Shown here: positions 14,201 to 26,495 of the stretch, in pieces
How the letters are laid out: each line of letters opens with the position of its first letter
How positions within the stretch are numbered: position 1 is the stretch's first letter
Assembly: GCF_004010195.1 (NCBI RefSeq)
Contig: NC_057719.1
Location: forward strand, 73,266,365 to 73,330,364
DNA from: Chiloscyllium plagiosum
Taxonomy: Eukaryota
Length of the DNA: 64,000 nucleotides
Direction of reading: 5' to 3'
Notes under the pieces: generated by a model
The model's input: only the letters and a program-made list of their open reading frames with translations
The model's database searches: none
What the model was told of the DNA's origin: nothing
Program-made: the position numbers and the translations under genes

Positions 14201-14477
14201 GTAAATCCTAGGACAGAAAGCATTTAATCTGGCAAGCTGTCACTGTTGAGTGCCATACTAATTTCTCCGTGACTTTTGTTATATCTCTTGTGTTAACTTT
14301 GTGAATTCCTGTCTCTAATGTAGTATTAATTTCATTGGGATACCAGCCATGATTAAACAGATTCAATGGACCAACTGGCCTAATTTCTGCTCCCATGTAT
14401 TATGGTCTCTTTCTTTTCTGTGAGTACTGACTCAAGGAAATATTCAGCATGGTTGCAATTTTCTTATGTCCTTTTCT

Positions 14478-14730
14478 TTTATTTACTCATGGTACGCAGA
14501 CATTGTTTGCTGGCCAGCATTTGTTTATTGCCCAACACAAGTTGCACCTGAGAAGCTGGTGTTAAGCTGTCTATTAAATACCTGCAGTCCAAGTGTTGTA
14601 GGTTGATCCACAATGCCCTTAGGGAGGGAATTCCATGATTTTGACCCAGCCACAGTGAAGGAGTGGTGATGTATTTCCAAATCAAGATGGTGAGTGGCTT
14701 ATAGGGGAATTGCAGGTGGTGATGTTACCA
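14478..14730 (-). mobile_element. 3' end of CR1/L2-group LINE (same family as 18440-20680)
   Basis: Reverse complement of the 20460-20680 tail. Another short copy lies at ~33695-33795. Confidence 0.65.
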
Positions 14731-15188
14731 TTTACTATTGGTAACATTAACCAAACTATGTTAAAATCCACAAAAAACTCTGGTGTGTGTAAAGGTTTAA
14801 TCATTTCCTATAAAATGATGCTATTTTGTCAACATGTCCTATCTATGTCTAGTTATATTGTAGCAAATGGTATTTATTAGATAATCTTTTCTATACATGC
14901 AACACTAAACCTTCCTTGCTTGTTATACCATTAATGAGAAAATATAGATATCAGTATCCTGAACATTTTCCTTCCTTATGTCTTACAATTGAATCCATAA
15001 CTAACTGTTTTCACAAAGGTGAATCCCTTAGTTTCCTAACTAATTAGCTGTAAGCCCACAATATTTCTTCGTGTTTAGCTGCAAACTCTTATTGAGATAA
15101 TTTCTGCTATTCCCAGGCTTGGCTTTGTATTTATTGTAGCACCTGCAGAATTAGTCTTTAATATATATGTTTTGTTTGCAGAAAAGAT

Positions 15189-15315
15189 TCCTGAAGAAGG
15201 GCTTATGCCCGAAACGTCGATTCTCCTGTTCCCTAGATGCTGCCTGACCTGCTGTGCTTTTCCAGCAACACATTTTCAGCTCTGATCTCCAGCATCTGCA
15301 GACCTCACTTTCTCC
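15189..15315 (+). mobile_element. PLE family A 3' fragment with 13-bp TSD
   Basis: TTGCAGAAAAGAT at 15176-15188 and 15316-15328 flanks the insert. Confidence 0.85.
15191..15218 (+). ncRNA. Minimal type-I hammerhead ribozyme motif
   Basis: CTGAAGA-A-GGGC(TTAT)GCCC-GAAA-CGTC. Confidence 0.75.
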
Positions 15316-15569
15316 TTGCAGAAAAGATACGTTTACAATGGCTATTCCATCTTGTAGACTAAAACTAACACAGACAATTTCATGAAATGATATAGATGTA
15401 CTTCTTAGTTTAAATACACAGTGCTTCCATATATGCCAAGTATCATCAAAACAAGTGTCATCAAAAATAGATAAGAAATGTGTGATTTTCAGCAGAACTT
15501 TGTTCAATATTTTTCACATTAACTTTTATTGAGACAAAAAATGTGAGGTAATTCTGCTACTTTATAAAT

Positions 15570-15950
15570 AATTGGTATGACAGTACTCAGCAATTTACAC
15601 ATTTGGTTTCCACAGTACAGAACAGATGTTGTAAAGATATAAGAAAGAGCAATCACAATGATTGAGGGGACATAAGGTTTGCATTACAACAAGCGATTAT
15701 GTAATTTGAGAATGCTACCATTGGAAAATAGAAAATTGAGAGGTGATATAATTATGTATGGATTCTAAAGGGACTGGACACTGCAGACCTTAAATGTTGC
15801 TTCATTTTCTCCAGAAGCAGATGTTGTGGGTTTGAAGCAGGTGGGGGAGGGGCTGGTTCAAAATAAATTTAATAGTAACAGAGGTAGAACCAAATTACTG
15901 ATTTATTGAAATACAGACTTGATAACTTCTCTCAGAAAGAATTACTTTGG
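15570..15950 (+). mobile_element. Very degraded CR1 3' fragment
   Basis: TTGGAAAATAGAAAATTGAGAGGTGATATAAT resembles the [11 protein letters not shown] coding motif. Confidence 0.45.
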
Positions 15951-16096
15951 ATACAATAAATGAGTAATTTGTAACATCACCTGTGAAAGCATGGTAGATA
16001 TTTTCTAATCAACCTGTTCAGACGTGTTACAAAACATCTATTGGAACCAGCGGGGCTTGAACCTAGCAGAGGATGGGACACTACCACTTCACCACA

Positions 16097-16525
16097 ATTG
16101 AATTGAATTGAATTGAATTTTTTGTCACATGTACCGAGGTACAGTGAAAAGCTTTGTCAAATGAGCAATGCAGGCAGATCCCATAGTTAAATAGCATAGA
16201 TAAGTAAATAATAGGTAAACAGTGGCAAAAACCAAAACACAGGTGCAGGCAAATGCTAAAAGTTTGTCAGTCCATTCATTATTCTAACAACAGTCGGGTA
16301 GAAACTGTTTCAAAACCAACTGGCTTCTGTACCTTCTGCCCAATGGTAGAGTTTGTAGAAAAACATTGTCAGGGTGGGATGGATCTTTGAGAATGCTGGC
16401 GGCCTTGACAGGGGGCCTATATGGATTCTATAGATGGGAGGTCGGCCTTTGTGATTGTCCGAGCCGAGTTCACCACTCTCTGTAACCATTTCCAATCTTG
16501 AATGGTACAGTTGACATACCAGGTA
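16097..16525 (-). mobile_element. Rex1/Babar-like LINE 3' end with (CAATT)n tail
   Basis: Peptide WKWLQRVVNSARTITKADLPSIESI, then HP motif. Tandem AATTG tail at 16097-16118. Confidence 0.65.
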
Positions 16526-16906
16526 TATGAAAGTGTGGCATACTTGGGAGAGATGGGTGACTTTAGATCAATGGTTCTGAACGTTGGCACCACTGAAGTT
16601 TTCTCCAACTTGCGTCCGACTCTGTTGCAGACTAATTAATCAAGATTGATTGTTATGATGGATCAGCAACTCCAAGATCATGCCACTAACAGACTGGCAG
16701 GTGAATTAGTTGAACTTTGACTTGTTTGATCCAGAACCTCCTATGTTTTGTTTCCTTTAAGGAAAGAATAGAAGAACAAACTACAAGCAGTTTCTGTTTG
16801 TCATTCTGTTTGTTATTCACAATTTTATGTTGCAAAGACAATTTATTTTTTAAAACAATCCTTCATGGACAAATAGCCTTATGCAACCAACAGGATAGGT
16901 AAGTGT

Positions 16907-17266
16907 GGGTGGCACAGTGGTTCAGTGGTTAGCACTGCTGCCTTACAGCGCCAGGGACGCAGGCTTGATTTCAGCCTTGGGCACCCTTGCCTGTGTAGAG
17001 TTTGCACATTCTCCCTGTGTCTGCGTGGGTTTCCTCTGGGTGGTCCAGTTTCCTCCCACAGTCCAAAGGTGTGCTAGTTGGCCGGATTTGCAATGATTAA
17101 TTTCCCATAGTATCCGGGGATGTTCAGGCTAAGTGGATTAGCCATGGGAAATGCAACGTTACAGAGATGGGATGGGGTAAGTCTGGGTGGGATGCTCTTC
17201 AGATGGTCAGTGTATTCTTGACAGGCTGAAGGGCCTGCTTCCACACTGTAGGGATTCTATGATTCT
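16907..17266 (+). mobile_element. tRNA-derived V-SINE (HE1-like)
   Basis: A-box TGGTTCAGTGG, V-domain, CR1-like tail GGGCCTGCTTCCACACTGTAGGGATTCTAT. Confidence 0.85.
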
Positions 17267-17943
17267 AAGTTCTATTTAATGGTGACTTGGACTTCCACTT
17301 TTGGGGAAAAGGGGGATACTTAATACCAACCCATCATCTCTCTTCATGATTAGGAACTTACTGAATGGTTAACAGTGGCCATTGGACTATATTTTCACAT
17401 TGCACAGGTAGGTAGCCTGTCAGGCTATTGGTGAGCTGACAATAATGTAACTCTATTGATGACAGGCAGCACCTTCAATACTTATTCATCATGGAGCTCA
17501 TCAATGGGTGTGGTACACTAGGAGTTCAGGTTAAAGTCATGAATCACCACATGCTTACACCTTTCCCTTATGATTGAAGGCAAGGTGAATACGGAGGGCA
17601 AAATAATGTTGCACAACACCCTAAGAGAGTAACTATCCCAGAATGTTCAGCATTCAGACAACCATCAAGACAAACAGCATTCCTTTATATTAGGCAAACA
17701 GATAACAGTCATTATATTTTGTAGTATATTTAGCTGCTTTACCTAACATGAAATTTCAACATGCAGTGTATGCATTCAGTCATAAATTGACAGGGATCAG
17801 TCTAAATTCTTATAATTCCAAGATATTCTGTTAAACTAAGCACCTCAAACCCAGTTTGGAGAAAATATTAATGTTCTTACATGGAAGGGATGAACTCAAT
17901 GTGTTCACTAAAGTCCTTTCAGAAGGAAATCTTCCACATTGGT

Positions 17944-18260
17944 GGGCGGCACGGTGGCACAGTGGTAAGCACTGCTGCCTCAAAGCGCCCGAGACCCGGG
18001 TTCAATTCCCGCCTCAGGCGACTGACTGTGTGGAGTTTGCACGTTCTCCCCGTGTCTGCGTGGGTTTCCTCCGGGTGCTCCGGTTTCCTCCCACAGTCCA
18101 AAGATGTGCAGGTCAGGTGAATTGGCCATGCTAAATTGCCCGTAGTGTTAAGTAAGGGATAAATGTAGGGGTATGGGTGGGTTGTGCTTCGGCGGGTCGG
18201 TGTGGACTTGTTGGGCCGAAGGGCCTGTTTCCACACTGTAAGTAATCTAATCTAATCTAA
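17944..18260 (+). mobile_element. Young tRNA-derived V-SINE (HE1-like)
   Basis: A-box TGGCACAGTGG at 17955-17965, B-box GGTTCAATTCC at 17999-18009. V-domain TGTGGAGTTTGCACGTTCTCCCCGTGTCTGCGTGGGTTTCCTCCGGGTGCTCCGGTTTCCTCCCACAGTCCAAAGA. CpGs intact, (AATCT)n tail. Confidence 0.92.
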
Positions 18261-18439
18261 AAAAATTTACTGGCTTACGTGTGAATGCAGACTCACAGCA
18301 ACGCAGTTCCCTCTAAAGTAATCTCTGAAAAGGCCTAGCTAACCACTGAGTTGTATTTATACTCTATAAAGTCTGATCAAAGGAATGGAATTGGATGGAC
18401 TACTCAATAGCATTAGATGCACGATGGCACATAGAGTCC

Positions 18440-20680
18440 ATGTCGGCCTAGAAAAACCTCCTTCCTAACATTTGAGATCTGTGCCAGAATTGGGAGCGTT
18501 GTCTCACAGATTAGTCAATTAGTCAGCTGACATAGTCATTCTCATGTGTAAGACTGACCCCACCAGAGGTAGTGGTGTTGTGGTATACAGTAAGGAGGAT
18601 GTTGCTTTGGGAGTCCTCAATGTTGACTCCAGGATCCATGAAGTCTTGTGGCATCAGATCAAACATGGGTGAAGAAATTTCCTGGTGATTACCACATGTC
18701 ACCTCCCAATGATGAATCAGTAATTCTCCATAAACAACATTTAGAGGAAGCAATGAGGTTGAAAAGGAATCAAAATGTCCTTTGGACAAGGCCTTCAATA
18801 ACTATCACCAAGAGGGTCTCATAGCAACACTAGTGACCAAGGTGCTTGAGTCCTAAAGGACATAACTGTTAGACTGGTCCTGCATCAAGTGGTGAGGCAG
18901 AAGCAACAGGCAAATCATACTTGAGTTGAGTATTACCAATCAACCCCTAGCAGATGCTTCTGTCCATGAAAGTTTCAGCAAGAGTGACCTCCACACAGTT
19001 GCTGTTGAGACAAAGTCCTGCGTTCACATTGAGAATACTATCCATTGTGCTCTGTGTCACCACCACCACCATGTGAAATGGATTTGAAACAAACCTAGCA
19101 ACTCAAGATTGACATGGAGGCACTGTGGGCCATTAACAGTAGCACAATTGTATTCAGCTACAATTTCTAACCTTGTGGCCAGTCATATCCTCAATTTTAC
19201 CAAGCTAAAAGTTCAACCCTGTTTCAATGGAGAGTGCAGTTGGGCAGGCCAGGAGCAGCAATAGGCATACCTAAAAATGAGGTATCAACCTGGTGAAGCT
19301 ACCTAACGGCTCTACGTGATATCAAAGTGGTGTAAGCAGAAAGTGATGTACCAAGCTAAGTGATCCCACAACCAATGCATCAGACCTAGACATTGCTATT
19401 CTCGGACATTCAGCTATGAATGATGGTGACCAGTTAAACAACTCGCTGGAGGAGGTGGGTCCACAAGTATCCCCATCGCCACTGAAGGAACAGCCCAGCA
19501 GATCAAAACAAAAGGCTGAAGCAATTGCATCTATCTTCAGCCAGAAATGCTAAGTGGATGACTCATCTCAGTCTCCTTCTACGGTAGCACCATCACAGAT
19601 TTGAGTCTTCAGTCAATTTGATTCACTCCACCTGATATCAAGAAACAACTGAAGGCACTGGGAATTGCAACGGCCAAGGGCCCTAACAATAGCCCTGCAA
19701 TCATACTGAAAATAGCTTCCAGAACTTGCTGGGCCCCTAGCCAAGCTGTTCCAGCTACATCACTAGCAACTTCCCAGCAATGTGAAAAATTGCCGAGGTA
19801 TGTCATGCCCACAAAAGCAGGATATACCCACCTAGCCATCAGTCTACTCTCAATCATCAATAAAGTGATAGAAAGTGCTGTTGACAGTGCTATTAGCAGC
19901 AGTTACTCATCAATATCTGCTCAGTGATGCTCAGTTTAGATTCAATTCCACTCACCTTCTGTCCTTATTACAGACTTTGGCCAAACATGGACAAAGAGGT
20001 GACATCAAGAATGAAGTGAGGGTGACTTTCCTTGGCATCAAGGCAGAATTTAACTGTGTGTGACATCAATGAGACCTAGCAAAACTGGAGTGAATGGGAA
20101 TTAAGGAGAAAGCTCTCTGCAAGTTGGAGCCGTACCCAGCAGAAAAGAACATGGTTGTGCTTTTTGGAGGTCAATCATGTGAGCCACAGGATATCATTTC
20201 AGGGGAGTTCCCCAGGATAGACTCAGCCACATTTAGTTGTTATCAATGACTTTCCTTTCATTTTAAGGTCAGAAGAGGTGATTGCTGCTGATGTTCATCA
20301 CCATTTGTGATTCCTCAGATACTGAAGCAGGCTATCTGGTAGCAATGTGTGTCATCTAAAAGATGCACTGCAATTTCTCACCAAGGCTCATTAGGCAGCA
20401 CGATTCAGACCCGCGACTTCTACCATCCAGGTAGAAAGTATACATGGAAACACTGGTACAAGTTCCCCTCCAAGCCACACAGCATCCTGACTTGCAACTA
20501 TATCGCTGTTCTGTCACTGTTGCTGGGTTAAAGTTCTGGAAGTCCCTTCCAGCATTGTGGGTGTACCTACACCACATGGATTGCAGAGGTTCAAGAAGGC
20601 AGCTCACCACCAGTTTCTCAAGGGTAATTAGTAATGCAAGCTTAGCCAGCAAAGCCAGGCAGTATGAATGAATAGAAAAG
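18440..20680 (+). mobile_element. Degraded CR1/L2-group LINE (APE endonuclease + partial RT, internal deletions)
   Basis: Remnants resembling RGxGVVVY, SDxHTV, GPNN and GVPQ motifs. C-terminal QVPLQATQHPDLQLYRCSVTVAGLKFWKSLP, then an ATGAATGAATAGAAAA tail. Confidence 0.75.
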
Positions 20681-21999
20681 TTAGACAGTCATAAGACTTC
20701 TGGGAAGCATATTTACTACAAGAGATCAAATTCACAGCATGTCTTTCCTCCTAGGTTTTTAAAACCCAAGCTTTCTATCATCTAACCAGCACAGTTTATC
20801 TGGCTTTCCTGTTTCAATCCATGTGTTGGCCTGGACTGTAGCCTTTGGCTCTCCAGCTACATTTTTCAATTAATTTTCTGGAAGTGAGGTAGTGCACCCT
20901 ATTTGATCTTTGAAAACTTCCATCCACCATATATGTAGGATGATATTACATTACTTAGCAACGGGGACAGAGGATAAGATTTTATAAATGCCAACACCAG
21001 AAAATTAACAATTTGATTTGACAGATGTAGGGCATCATTTTCTGATGCAATATTCGTCCCTTCCTTCCAAAATTACTAATAATGTTTCAATTATTTTTCA
21101 AAAATGTCATTAATTTATCCATTTAGTACAAATAGGGTAGATGACCAGAGCTGTCTTTCTAGCCGAAACCATAAGGTGTTGTTTGAAGGGCTAGATCTAA
21201 AGATCTTCAGTTTGCATCTCCTCTGAAACAGAGTTCCTCCGTTCCCCTCACTAAAGGCAACAAAATGTCCTCTACCAGGATCTGATCCTTCAGAATGGCC
21301 CCTCATGCTTGTTCACCGAAGAAACATGAAATATTTCGGGGAAGGATCACTCAACCCAAAATGTTAACTCTGATTTCCCTCCACAGATGCTGCCAGACCT
21401 GCCAAGCTTTTCCAGCAATTGCTGTTTTGTTTGAGAACGTGAAATGTGGACCATTTTGTAAACTGCACTGGGCACTGCCACTGTAACACTTTGAACAAGA
21501 TAACCCTGTTTAAAAACCTGGTGACAGAGTAGTGAACATTTGCTTCACTTCATCACATTTGCACAGCCAGTCTAACAGAAACAAAAGCAAGGGTCCCATG
21601 CTGCCAGTTACATGAAGGAGGCTTTTCACAGCATCACAGCCTTATCAGTACCACTGTGTGTGAAGTGAACATTAGATCATGCCAGGACAATGAAAGCGAG
21701 AATGATAGCAACAAACAACTAACTACAAACAGCTTAACAGGATGTAAATTGCAAAAGCATTTTCTCCCATTATAGTGAAGAATAGCGCTCTTCCTGCTTC
21801 TGATGTAACAATCCGTAACCAGGTCAGATTGGTGCTGTTTAATGGCCTTTCTAAATAGCTAATTGAACAAGATGTGCTTTTTCCCCCCTCCAAGGCCATT
21901 AGCTCTCCTTGCAACCGGATAACTTCTGATATCAACATCGTGTCAGTTTGGCTGTGGCAGGGAAGGCAACAATTCTCAATGGTTTCAGCACAGGAGGCC

Positions 22000-22752
22000 G
22001 TTTGGCCAGTCGCGTGTGTGCTTCCCCTTCTGTTCAGAAAACGGGCTACTGACGCATCGCTCTTGATTTGAACAGGGCGATTTATATATATATTTTAAAG
22101 CGCCAGACTGGAGATAGAAAATGAACTCCACTTCTAACTTAAAAAGATCACTAAATAATCCCCGAGGGGGGAATCGAAATGGACAAAGGCTAAGAGCAAG
22201 AATACGCTTTTTGAAAAAAAAAGTGTAAGGAAAAAGTACGTTTTAATTTTAAATGGAAAATACTAAAGGGAGATTTGAAGGGTAAAAAAAATGGAATTGG
22301 GGTCAGCGAAGGATATAGACAAAAGGCTAAAGGCAGGGAAGGGATTGAGGGTAAAGGGAAGGCTGTGACAGTGGATTGCTTGGAGAGACTGGCTGATTTG
22401 AGGTGGGGTTTCACATATCGCGTCATTCATTGCAGACACTGAGAGTCCCCTCCCCACATCCCCATTCCCTCTCAGTGGCAGCAGCAACAGAACGCTCTTC
22501 CTCCCTTGACAGCCCCAGCAGCGCAGGTTAAAGCCGGCAGCACTGGGGGGGGGGGGGGGGGAAGGTGAAAATACCATTTCCAATCAGTGAGGTGGACAGC
22601 AACAGCAGCAAACAAGGCGTCTGCCACCACCACTACAGCCTGCCTGCCCGGGGCAGATATGGGACTGGAGCGGAATAAGGGAGCCGTTCTCGGGCTTTCG
22701 CTGTCTGGGTAAAGTGGTCGGGTTCGCCTGGGCAGGTCCATGAGGACACACC
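22000..22752 (+). promoter_or_regulatory. Putative Rab15 promoter / 5'UTR
   Basis: Repeat-free and locally CpG/GC-enriched. CCAATCAG box at 22580-22587, CRE-like half sites TGACGCA (22050-22056) and CGTCA (22421-22425), G17 run at 22545-22561, TA-rich tract near 22082-22093. The TSS cannot be determined from sequence. Confidence 0.55.
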
Positions 22753-22876
22753 ATGGCTAAGCAGTATGATGTGTTGTTCAGGCTGCTGCTGATCGGAGAC
22801 TCTGGAGTGGGGAAGACTTGCCTCCTGTGCCGTTTCACCGACAACCAATTCCACTCTTCCCACATCTCCACTATAG
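22753..22876 (+). CDS. RAB15: Rab15 small GTPase, coding exon 1 ([42 protein letters not shown]), phase-1 donor
   Basis: Strong Kozak context (ACACCATGG). P-loop GDSGVGKT and effector-loop start HISTIG. The N-terminus matches vertebrate Rab15 as I recall it (human has E where this has Q32). The ORF meets AG|GTAAGA at 22876/22877, giving the 124-nt first coding exon typical of Rab8/10/13/15 genes. Confidence 0.95.
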
Positions 22877-23339
22877 GTAAGAGAGAGAGATTGAGATTTG
22901 AGGCAAGGTGTGTACTTTCTGTTGTAATGCTGTTCGGCACCGCACAGCCCGAAACCCTTTGTTTCCTGCATTGACAGGACTCAGGCTTCTGGTCGTGATG
23001 CTTTGTGGAAGTGGGAATTGTTTGTTTTTGGAAGTTTCCTGTTGCTGCATTTCAAAGTCGAGCGGGGAGGTTTGTTGACTTAGTGATAGTAGTAGTTTTT
23101 CATCGAATGCACGCCAATTGTGTGCAGCCGGCTCGAAGCACGAAGAGCAAGCAGCCCATTCCACTGGATTCCCACTGCACGGAGACCCACTCTGGGAATA
23201 TATAAGCAATTTGCATTGCTGTAAACTCGGATTAATTTAGGTAAAGTCACTATTCAGTACTGATGCTGCTGGTGGGCAGAGTATATTGTCAGAGAGATTT
23301 TTGTCAACAGTCCTTCAAGAACTCACATGTGAGGGAATC

Positions 23340-23628
23340 AGGGAATTGGGACAATTTTGGAGGATTGAAGTGGCTGCCAAGGTTGTGACTGGAGGCAAGG
23401 CATTGGGCCAAAGGCTGGCAAATGGGACGAGATTCATTCAGGGTATCTGGTGGGCATGGACGATTTGGACCAAAGAGTCTGTTTCTATGCTGTACAGGTA
23501 CGTGAATAGGAAAAAACTTGGAGGGATATTGGCCAAACGCAGGCAAATGGGATTAGATTAGTTTGGGAAATTTAGTGGTCATGGAGAGTTGGACTGAAAG
23601 GTCTGTTTCCGTGCTTATGACTCTCTGA
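23340..23628 (+). mobile_element. CR1 3' tails (two in tandem)
   Basis: GGCAAATGGGA...GTCTGTTTC(T/C) tail motif occurs twice; ends CTTATGACTCT. Confidence 0.65.
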
Positions 23629-23719
23629 CACGATAACCCAATTTCTGTGGCAGATTCACTTGAAGGTGACGTGTCTACAGCTCTGTAAGAAAACATTGAA
23701 TAGCCTGGCTCAAGGATGG

Positions 23720-24900
23720 TAACATGTGGAGCAAAAGTAGGCCACTTGGCCCATCCAGCCTGTGCCAGTCAAGATTATGGCTCACCTGATAATTTTCAAC
23801 TCTACTTTCCTGCCTTTTCCCTTTAACCTTTGAACCCCTTACTGATTATATCAGCCCTGAATATACTTAATCATCTAGCCTTGAGAGCCCTCTGCAGTAA
23901 AGAATTCCACCAAATCATTAACCTTTTAGGGGAATAAATTCCTCTTACATCCTAAAATTTAGGGGAGGTGATGGCCTAGTGATATTATCACTGATTTGTT
24001 AATCAAGAAACCCAGACAATGTTCAATGCCCACTATGGCAGACAGTGGAATTTCAGTTCTATAAATATCTGAAATTAGGACTCTAATGATGACTGTGAAG
24101 CCATTATTGATTGTAGGAAAACCCCTCTTGTTCACTAATGTCCTGTAGGGAAGGAAACTACCATCCTTATCTGGTTGGCCCACATGTGACTCCAGACCTA
24201 TAGCAAGGTGGTTGATTCTCAACTGCCCTCTAGGCAATTAGGGTTGGGCAGTAAATACTCACCTAGTCAGCGACGCCCTCATCCCATGAATGAATTTTTA
24301 AAAATGTGTGATTCTGAGATTATGCCCTGTGGTCCTAGATCTCCAAAAAGGAAACAAAATCTCCGCATCTGCCCTGTAAAGCTCCTTAAGGAATTTCTAG
24401 ATAGATATTTTTATTCAACTTGTTCAGCTAAGTTATGAAACACTTTCAGCACCAGTGGGAATTGAACCTGGACCTTCTAGCTCAGAGGTAGAGGCACTAC
24501 AAAAGCCCCCCAAGGAATCTTATACATTTCAATAAGGCCACCCCTTTCTTTCAAGCTCCAATTAGTATAAGCCCAATCTTAACCTTTCCTCATAAGAAAG
24601 TCCCTCCATACTTGAGATCAGCACAATGAAGCCAAGGTCACCAAAAACAGTTTAGAGTTCCAGGTGTGGTCTGACTAATCCACATAGTTTTCATAAGACC
24701 TCCCTATTTTTACATGGCTTTTATTTCAAAGGGAATGCGATTTGCCTTCCCTATAATTCACTGAATTTTTAAATAAATCATACATTAGGGCACCCAAATC
24801 CCCCTGTGCTGCAGCTTTCTTTAGTCTTTACTATTGAAATAATAGTCATCTCGTCTATTCTTCTTTAAAGTGCAACACGTGACATTTTTCCACATTATTT
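23720..24900 (-). mobile_element. Degraded CR1 3' region, interrupted by SINEs
   Basis: Reverse complement of the CR1 3'UTR/ORF2 end (GGAGCAAAAGTAGGCCAC..., CCAGGTGTGGTCTGAC). Confidence 0.6.
23961..24304 (+). mobile_element. Second tRNA-derived SINE family
   Basis: A-box-like TGGCCTAGTG. The tail GGCAATTAGGGTTGGGCAGTAAAT...CCCATGAATGAAT is shared with the LINE at 18440-20680. Homologous to 28440-28748 and 44139-44478. Confidence 0.75.
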
Positions 24901-26495
24901 TCCAAACTTTATTCCATCAGCCAAATTTGGACCCAGTTCATAATATCCCGGAAATAGCTGTCAACCAGGACCCGGAAGGGAGAGAGGAACTCAAGAAATT
25001 TAAAATGACCAGGGAAATAGTACTAAGTAAATTGTTGAAACTGAGAGTTCACAAGTCCCCAGCTCCTGAGGGATTTCATTTCTTGAAACTCATTAGGTTC
25101 AAGGAAGGATCCTTTTAGATTGAAAAGGAATTGATGTGAATCTTTTTTTTAAAAGGAGAGTGGCAGAAAGCAAAAGACTACAGGCTAGTTAGCTTAACAT
25201 CTGTCATACGGAAACTGTTATTAAAGATGTTATAATAGGGCTTCTTGATAAATTCTAAATGGCTTAATTAATTGGAGTTCTTTGAAGAAGTAACTTATGC
25301 TGCAGATAATGAGGAGCCAGTGGATGTTATGCATTTGGATTTCCAGAAGGCATTTGATAAGGTGCTGCAACGATGGTTATTGCAGAAAATAAAAATTCAT
25401 GGCATTGGATAATGTATTAACATGGATAGAAGACTGGCTGGCTAACAGGAACTGAAGTAGGAATAAATGGGTCTTTTTCAGGCTGGCAGGATGTAATGAG
25501 TAGTGTGCTATAGGGGTCAGTGCCGGAGCTTCAATACTTTACAATTCATATAAATGATTTGTGTGAAGCGACAAAAGTTGTGGGAGCTAGATTTGTAGAT
25601 GTCACAAAAAAGGTAGGAATGTGAGTTGTGAAGACAAGATGTGGAGCCTACAAAGAGATGGAAAGGGGTAGTTAGGTTAACTGAACAGGCAAAGGTCTGG
25701 CAAATGGAGTATAATGTGGGAAGTGTGAAATTGACAATTTCGACAGAAAAAAACATTATCTAAATGGCGAGAGGTTGCGGAGTTTGGAGATGCAGCGAGA
25801 TCTGGGTGTCCTAGTGCATGGACTGCAGAAGGTTAGTATTCAGGTATAGCAGGAAGTCAGGAAAACTAATAGAATATTATGTTTTATTGCAAGGGGAGTA
25901 GAATGAAAGACCAGGGAAATTATACTTCAGTTACACAGAGCATTTGTGAGACCGTACCTAGAGTTAAGTGTACAGATGTTGGTCACTGTGTACTGAAAGA
26001 AGGATGTTAATGCATTGGAAGCAGAAGATTTACCAGACTAATATCTGGAATGAATCAATTGCCTTATGAGGAAAGGCTAGACTGATCAGCCCTGCATTCT
26101 CTAGAGTTTAGTAAAAATTGGAAGTGACTTAACTGAAGTATATAACATTCTGAGAGGACTTGACTGGGTGTAAGTGGAAAAGGTTAGTTCCTCTTGTGGG
26201 AGAATTCAGAATTAGGCCTTACAGTTTGAAAATGAGAAATCTAAGACCGAGGTGAAGGTTTTTTTTTGTTCTCTCGGAATTGAGGTTCTTTGGAATTCCC
26301 TTCCTCAAAAGGCAATGGATACTGAATTTTTAAATATTTTTAAGCACAAGTAGACAGTTTTTGATTACAACAGGATAAAAGATTATCGGGCACATTGAGA
26401 AATATAGAGTTGAGATTAAAATCAGATAAGCTACAATCTTAATGAATGGCAAAGAGTCTAAAAGGGCCAAGTAGCCTCCCCTTAGTCCTTGTTTG
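24900..26495 (+). mobile_element. Degraded CR1 ORF2 (RT) fragment
   Basis: KSPAPEGFH, LDFQKAFDKV, WIEDWL and WQMEYNVGKC coding motifs, plus 3'UTR. Confidence 0.8.

Noticed and set aside
17944..18015. tRNA-like sequence with A and B boxes
   Set aside because: It is a SINE head continuing into a V-domain and LINE-derived tail, with multiple decayed copies; not a tRNA gene.
1..22000. FNTB or GPX2 exons, expected from mammalian synteny around RAB15
   Set aside because: No recognisable peptide match by eye; short exons could have been missed.
22877..22974. ORF track extends the Rab15 ORF to 73 aa ([10 protein letters not shown]...)
   Set aside because: This is read-through into the intron past the GTAAGA donor; Rab similarity stops at STIG.
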